Positions 59,428 through 64,000 of a stretch of DNA of 64,000 bases are shown here, one piece after another. Origin of the DNA: Chloroflexota bacterium (GTDB taxonomy: Bacteria > Chloroflexota > Dehalococcoidia > GIF9 > AB-539-J10); contig JACAEN010000026.1 of the NCBI GenBank assembly GCA_013388845.1, positions 37,328-101,327 on the forward strand, written 5' to 3'. The notes beneath the pieces were generated by a model. That model was not told the DNA's origin and ran no database searches. It saw only the letters and a program-made list of their open reading frames with translations. Every line of letters begins with the position of its first letter. Position 1 is the stretch's first letter. The translations under genes were made by a program, and so were the position numbers.

Positions 59428-61629
59428 GTGGACATCTTAGCCAAGCTCAATCCTGCCCAGAGAGAAGCCGTAGAAGCTATAGACGGGCCTGTGCTTATCC
59501 TGGCTGGACCAGGCAGCGGCAAGACCAGGGTGATTACCCATCGCATCGCCTATCTGATTAAATCCTGCGGCATTAGCCCCCACAACATTATGGCGGTTAC
59601 CTTCACCAACAAAGCTGCCCGGGAGATGAGAGAGAGACTGGAACGACTCCTTGGGCAGGCAGTAGAAGCTCTAACTTTGGGCACCTTTCACGCCACCTGC
59701 GCCCGGATTCTCCACCGGGAAGGCAAAGCGATAGGGCTGGATTCCAGCTTTGTTATCTATGATGAAGAGGACCAGCTAAGCTTAATTAAACAAGCTCTGG
59801 AAGAACTGAACCTCGACCCCAAGCAATATGCCCCCCGCGCTATACACTCAGCCATCAGCGCCGCCAAGAGCCGCCTCATCAGCTCCGAGGTCTATGCTCA
59901 ACGGGTTAATAGTTACTTCGAAGAGATAGTTCACAGAGTTTACCAGCGCTACCAGCAACTCCTCAATCAGGGTCAGGCGCTGGATTTTGACGACTTGCTC
60001 ATGAAAACGGTGCGGTTGCTCCAAGACAATCCTCAAATCCTCAAGAGATACCAATCAAGGTATGTTCATATTCTGGTTGATGAATTTCAAGATACCAACA
60101 TCGCCCAGTATGTGTTGATGAAGCAGCTAGCCGGCAAATATCGAAACCTATGTGTGGTGGGTGACCCTGACCAATCCATTTATTCCTGGAGATTTGCCGA
60201 TTTGCGTAATATCCTGAGCTTCGAGAAAGACTACCCCGAAGCTAAAGTGATTTTTCTAGAGCAAAACTATCGTTCCACCAAGACTATTTTAGCCGTAGCT
60301 TCGGATATTATCTCAGCAAATGTGCAGCGCAAACCCAAAAAACTATGGACGGAAAACGAAGATGGCTCCCCGGTATGCATCATCGAGAGCTACAGCCCTG
60401 AAGAAGAGGCGCAATGTGTAGTCAGCGAAATAGAGAAGTTGGTTAGCCAAGGCCAAATATTCCTCAAAGACTGCGCTGTCATGTATCGGGTTAATGCCCA
60501 GTCACGAGCATTAGAAGAAACCTTCCTGAGATACGGTGTGCCTTATAAACTTGTCGGTGGCACCCGCTTCTATCAGAGGCAAGAGGTCAAAGATATCATC
60601 GCTTACCTCAGGGTTATCCATAATCCCCAGGACAATGTCAGTTTGACTCGTATCCTAAATGTGCCGGGCAGAGGCATTGGACAAGGTACCCTTAGCAAGC
60701 TTCAAGACTGGGCAAAAGCCCACGATGTCTCTCTCTTTGAGGCTTTAAAACAGGCGAGCCATCCCGATTCTGTCGGGGCGAAGCAATTTCTTCCCACACG
60801 CATCACTCAAGCCGTGGCAGGATTTGCTGCTCTTATATCTGAACTCACTGCCCAAAGCCATGAGCTCAGGCTTTCTAATCTATTGGAAGAGATACTACAG
60901 CGTACAGGATATAAAGAGTATATTCTGGGCAAAGAGGATGGAGAGGATAGGTGGGAAAACATAACGGAACTGAAAAATGTCGCCCGCGAGTATGATGAGC
61001 TCGACCCTGCAGAGGCTTTAGCCGAATTTCTGGAAAAAGTAAGCCTGGTATCGGACATAGATGAACTGGATGAAAAAGCCGATGCCGTGACCTTGATCAC
61101 ACTGCATCAGGCCAAGGGATTAGAGTTTCCCGTAGTTTTTATCGTCGGTCTGGAGGAAGGGATTCTCCCCCATAGGAAATCTTTCGACGACCCCGAAGAG
61201 ATGGAAGAGGAGCGCCGCCTTTGCTATGTGGGCGTAACCAGAGCCAAGAAGCAACTTTACCTCCTGCGCAGTTACCGCCGGAGCTTGTTCGGTGGCACCA
61301 CGGCCAACCCACCCTCTCGCTTCCTGCAGGATATCTCGCCACATCTAGTACGCACCAAAAGACTATGGGAAGAAAGCCTGACTCTTGCCACCGGTTCCGA
61401 TTTTAATCGGGATTTCCCGCCCTCGCCAGAGCCTATTCGCACCTTCACCCTCAAAGTCGGTGACCATGTCCGCCACAGCAAATTTGGCTCGGGCATAGTG
61501 ATGAATTGCCTGTCCACGAAGGATGACCAGGAGCTGACCGTAGCCTTTGAAGAAGCGGGGGTTAGGAAGCTCCTGGCCAGCCTGGCACCATTGGAAAAAA
61601 TCGAAAAAGATTTCGATTTTTCCTCCTAA
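59428..61629 (+). CDS. pcrA: ATP-dependent DNA helicase PcrA/UvrD
   Basis: 733 aa with AGPGSGKTRV (Ia), TFTNKAAREM, the DEFQDT Walker B, and a C-terminal UvrD_C. GTG start 7 nt after a tataat. Confidence 0.8.
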   Translation: MDILAKLNPAQREAVEAIDGPVLILAGPGSGKTRVITHRIAYLIKSCGISPHNIMAVTFTNKAAREMRERLERLLGQAVEALTLGTFHATCARILHREGKAIGLDSSFVIYDEEDQLSLIKQALEELNLDPKQYAPRAIHSAISAAKSRLISSEVYAQRVNSYFEEIVHRVYQRYQQLLNQGQALDFDDLLMKTVRLLQDNPQILKRYQSRYVHILVDEFQDTNIAQYVLMKQLAGKYRNLCVVGDPDQSIYSWRFADLRNILSFEKDYPEAKVIFLEQNYRSTKTILAVASDIISANVQRKPKKLWTENEDGSPVCIIESYSPEEEAQCVVSEIEKLVSQGQIFLKDCAVMYRVNAQSRALEETFLRYGVPYKLVGGTRFYQRQEVKDIIAYLRVIHNPQDNVSLTRILNVPGRGIGQGTLSKLQDWAKAHDVSLFEALKQASHPDSVGAKQFLPTRITQAVAGFAALISELTAQSHELRLSNLLEEILQRTGYKEYILGKEDGEDRWENITELKNVAREYDELDPAEALAEFLEKVSLVSDIDELDEKADAVTLITLHQAKGLEFPVVFIVGLEEGILPHRKSFDDPEEMEEERRLCYVGVTRAKKQLYLLRSYRRSLFGGTTANPPSRFLQDISPHLVRTKRLWEESLTLATGSDFNRDFPPSPEPIRTFTLKVGDHVRHSKFGSGIVMNCLSTKDDQELTVAFEEAGVRKLLASLAPLEKIEKDFDFSS

Positions 61630-61633
61630 CATA

Positions 61634-61662
61634 TTGACAAAATACACGAAACCGTGTAAAAT
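61634..61662 (+). promoter_or_regulatory. near-consensus promoter TTGACA-17-TAAAAT producing a leaderless mutL mRNA
   Basis: ttgaca 61634-39 and taaaat 61657-62. The mutL ATG is at 61671, only 9 nt after the -10, with no room for an SD. Confidence 0.55.
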
Positions 61663-61670
61663 GGCCTTAA

Positions 61671-63356
61671 ATGCCTATTAAAGTTTTAGCGCCCGAGGTA
61701 ATTTCCAAGATTGCTGCCGGGGAGGTGATTGAGAGGCCGGCTTCGGTGGTCAAGGAGCTTGTAGAGAATTCCCTGGATGCGGGAGCCACCCAGATCGCTA
61801 TAGAAGCTCAGGGTGGTGGAGTAGAATTAATCAAGGTTAGCGACAACGGGGCAGGGATCCCAGCAGCGGAGGTGGAGCTAGCTTTTCATAGATATGCTAC
61901 GAGTAAGATTGGCAATTTAGATGATTTACAGAGAATCTCCAGCCTGGGCTTTCGGGGCGAAGCTCTGCCCAGCATCGCCGCCGTTGCCGAAGTGGAAATT
62001 TCCACCCAGGCGTCGTCAGAGTCTGTTGGCAGCTACCTGCATTTAAGGAAAGGTGAAGTAGTCCGTAAAGAAAGCCATGCTAGACCTATGGGCACAACGG
62101 TGACCGTGCACCGACTGTTCCGTTATTTTCCGGCGCGACTCAAGTTCCTCAAATCGGTGAGCACCGAGAATAGCCATATTGCTCATCTGGTCAGCCAATA
62201 CGCTTTAGCTTTCCCTGAGGTCAAGTTCAGTCTGGTTTTCGATAAACGCCCCAGCTTGCGGACTATGGGCAATGGCGACCTGCGCGAGGTGGTGGGCGAG
62301 ATATATGGTGCTGAGTTAGCTCAGAGGATGCTGAAGGTGGAACAAAAGGACGGCCTGGCTAAAGTCAGCGGTTTAATAAGCCCACCCTCCCTAGCCCGCT
62401 CTAATCGCAACTACCTCAGCTTCTTCGTCAATCGCAGGTGGGTGCGCAGTCCCTTACTAACCCGGGCTACTGAAGAAGCCTTTCATGGCTTACTTATGGA
62501 TGGTCAGCATCCCATCGCGGTAATCAACATCTCCTTGCCAGTTCAAGAACTCGACGTCAATGTTCATCCCGCCAAAGCCCAGATAAAGTTCTGCCAGGAA
62601 CAAACTATCTTTGCCAATGTAAAGAAAGCCATAGAGGAGGCACTAGCCAGGACGTCGATAGCCAGCTCGAAAACTGTGCCTTTCTCAGTCAATCTAGAGC
62701 ACTGGGAGAAGCCCCGTATGGTAATGGATAACGAGCCAGTTTTTATGGTTGCCCAGTTGCCGACCATGGAATTACCAGTTTTAAGAGTATTAGGACAGCT
62801 AGCTAATACCTATATTATCGCTGAGGGACCCGATGGACTCTATCTCATTGACCAGCACGCCGCTCATGAACGCATACTTTATGACCGAATTTCGGCGCAG
62901 TGGGTACAAAAGGAAGTGGAAGCACAAGGCTTACTTCAGCCCATAACCATAGAGCTTAGCCCCAGAGAGGAGGAAACCCTGAAAACTAGTCAAGAACTTC
63001 TGGCTCAATTCGGCTTCGCCATTGAGCCTTTCGGAAATAGAAGCTATCTGATACGCACCATACCGGCTCAGGTGGCCAGGGCGAATCCCGATGGAATCGG
63101 GATTGAGATAATAACCATGCTGCTTGATGACCTCGCCAGCAAAGACAGCCTCACTCCCTGGGAGGAAAAGATAATTCAATCTTTAGCCTGCCACGGTGCT
63201 ATCAGAGCAGGACAGCAGCTAAGCCACGAAGAGATGCGAGAGCTAATAAAACAGCTTGAACAAACTAAACAACCACGAGCCTGTCCCCACGGCCGGCCAA
63301 CTATGATTCATTTAAGTGCTCATCAACTAGAGAGGGAATTTGGCAGAATAGGCTAG
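61671..63356 (+). CDS. mutL: DNA mismatch repair protein MutL
   Basis: 561 aa with an N-terminal GHKL ATPase (IAAGEVIERPASVVKELVENSLDAGA) and a C-terminal dimerisation domain. Confidence 0.85.
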   Translation: MPIKVLAPEVISKIAAGEVIERPASVVKELVENSLDAGATQIAIEAQGGGVELIKVSDNGAGIPAAEVELAFHRYATSKIGNLDDLQRISSLGFRGEALPSIAAVAEVEISTQASSESVGSYLHLRKGEVVRKESHARPMGTTVTVHRLFRYFPARLKFLKSVSTENSHIAHLVSQYALAFPEVKFSLVFDKRPSLRTMGNGDLREVVGEIYGAELAQRMLKVEQKDGLAKVSGLISPPSLARSNRNYLSFFVNRRWVRSPLLTRATEEAFHGLLMDGQHPIAVINISLPVQELDVNVHPAKAQIKFCQEQTIFANVKKAIEEALARTSIASSKTVPFSVNLEHWEKPRMVMDNEPVFMVAQLPTMELPVLRVLGQLANTYIIAEGPDGLYLIDQHAAHERILYDRISAQWVQKEVEAQGLLQPITIELSPREEETLKTSQELLAQFGFAIEPFGNRSYLIRTIPAQVARANPDGIGIEIITMLLDDLASKDSLTPWEEKIIQSLACHGAIRAGQQLSHEEMRELIKQLEQTKQPRACPHGRPTMIHLSAHQLEREFGRIG

Positions 63357-63418
63357 TCCTCCTCCTAACTCTGTCGGGTGGTAAATTGGGGCTCTGCCTC
63401 GCTCTACTGAAATATTAC

Positions 63419-64000
63419 CTATCGATAACTCCGATACCAGCCCTCAGTCACCGGGGCGAATTTGCCGTTTTCAAACCCCAGCTTGAAATACCAGGGCTTA
63501 CCATAGCTATCGGCTATTTCAGCCAATTGCTTCAGCCTTGAAGCAGCTGTATTTTTGAAGAATCTCATCCTCTCTTCCCGAGAACGAATTTGGGCGCCTT
63601 CCTGCCACAAGGCACGCCCGGCCAGAAAACCGGAAGCCCCCGCTTTACAGGCTATCTCTACCTGTTTTTTGAATGAGTTGAAGTCCACGCCAGCACTGAG
63701 CAGTACCCACGGTCGTCGGGATGCCTGGTTTAACTCCTGGCATAACTTCAGCAGCTTTCCTTCATCCTGCTCAAATCTAATATCAGCCGGAAATTCCGCC
63801 TTCAACACATCGATGGGTAAGGCAGTAATCTGCCGAGCAGTTTCGATTACCAGACCAGGTTTTATCTCAGCAAACTTCTTCATGGACAGTCCAATTTCTT
63901 CAATGGGGTAGCTTATCGGCTCAACCAGAAAGGCCATATCTTCTTCAAGGCACTGGTCGGCTAGCCTGGCCACCAAAGCAAGCTGTTTTGAGGCAACGTC
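63419..64000 (-). CDS. class-I aldolase family (LacD/DeoC-like) protein, 5'-partial (runs off window)
   Basis: The C-terminal ~190 aa carry a ...PWVLLSAGVDF...GASGFLAGRALW region typical of the LacD/tagatose-bisphosphate aldolase family. The ORF is open to the window edge. Confidence 0.45.
   Translation of the reverse strand, partial: DVASKQLALVARLADQCLEEDMAFLVEPISYPIEEIGLSMKKFAEIKPGLVIETARQITALPIDVLKAEFPADIRFEQDEGKLLKLCQELNQASRRPWVLLSAGVDFNSFKKQVEIACKAGASGFLAGRALWQEGAQIRSREERMRFFKNTAASRLKQLAEIADSYGKPWYFKLGFENGKFAPVTEGWYRSYR

Noticed and set aside
1-64000. CRISPR array, rRNA and additional tRNAs
   Set aside because: There are no regularly spaced short direct repeats; all repeats found are dispersed single units. 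No rRNA-like stretches were seen. Only one cloverleaf, the tRNA-Leu at 19262, was found by eye.

Overview
This 64-kb window looks chromosomal. It is probably from an anaerobic bacterium, and a Chloroflexota/Dehalococcoidia-like lineage is plausible. That placement is inference from gene content only: Ni-CODH CooS, a short core-MetE-like methyltransferase, an iron-sulfur flavoprotein, an archaeal-type class-V SerC-like aminotransferase, rpoB-rpoC standing apart from rpl genes, and several leaderless promoters. I can support about 60 protein genes, one tRNA-Leu(UAG), no rRNA and no CRISPR array.

Housekeeping blocks are argC; rpsU-yqeY; serA, a SerC-like aminotransferase, tyrS, ribF, DAHP synthase and aroH; an aroK-aroB fusion; ruvB-rpoC-rpoB; pcrA/uvrD; mutL; and a partial LacD-like aldolase at the 3' edge.

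Accessory content I would look at again:
- A dedicated type-II-FAS-like cluster at 1.5-13.7 kb. It has KASIII, KAS, ACP, two paralogous CrtI/amine-oxidase-family flavoenzymes, FabG, FabZ, FabI and an Sfp-type PPTase. Divergently it carries an SRPBCC protein, an HHxxxDG condensation/WS-DGAT-like acyltransferase and a DUF362 Fe-S protein. An ACAD, two DUF169 proteins and an SDR follow it, up to tRNA-Leu.
- A four-gene membrane module: a zincin-like peptidase, a transglutaminase-like protease, an ICMT-family methyltransferase and a presenilin/SPP-like GxGD protease.
- A signal-anchored beta-helix gene separated by a single in-frame TAG from a 1232-aa propeller/Ig/metallophosphoesterase protein that has no signal peptide of its own. 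A DUF433/DUF5615 TA pair sits between a decayed paralog fragment and this gene.
- A tandem ABC ATPase copy killed by TGG->TGA.
- An orphan hicB with a decayed hicA.

The window is also rich in small dispersed repeats:
- A ~250-bp element in three copies whose 3' end supplies a TTGACA -35 hexamer to three unrelated genes.
- A ~40-bp palindromic unit in four copies, two of them in-frame inside a DUF1015 CDS.
- AAATCC/GGATTT-rich inverted-repeat elements at three gene 3' ends.
- A perfect 19-nt hairpin repeated inside the FAS-like operon.

Note that ORF-track starts include TTG/GTG codons. Several true starts were re-picked on ATG plus RBS evidence.
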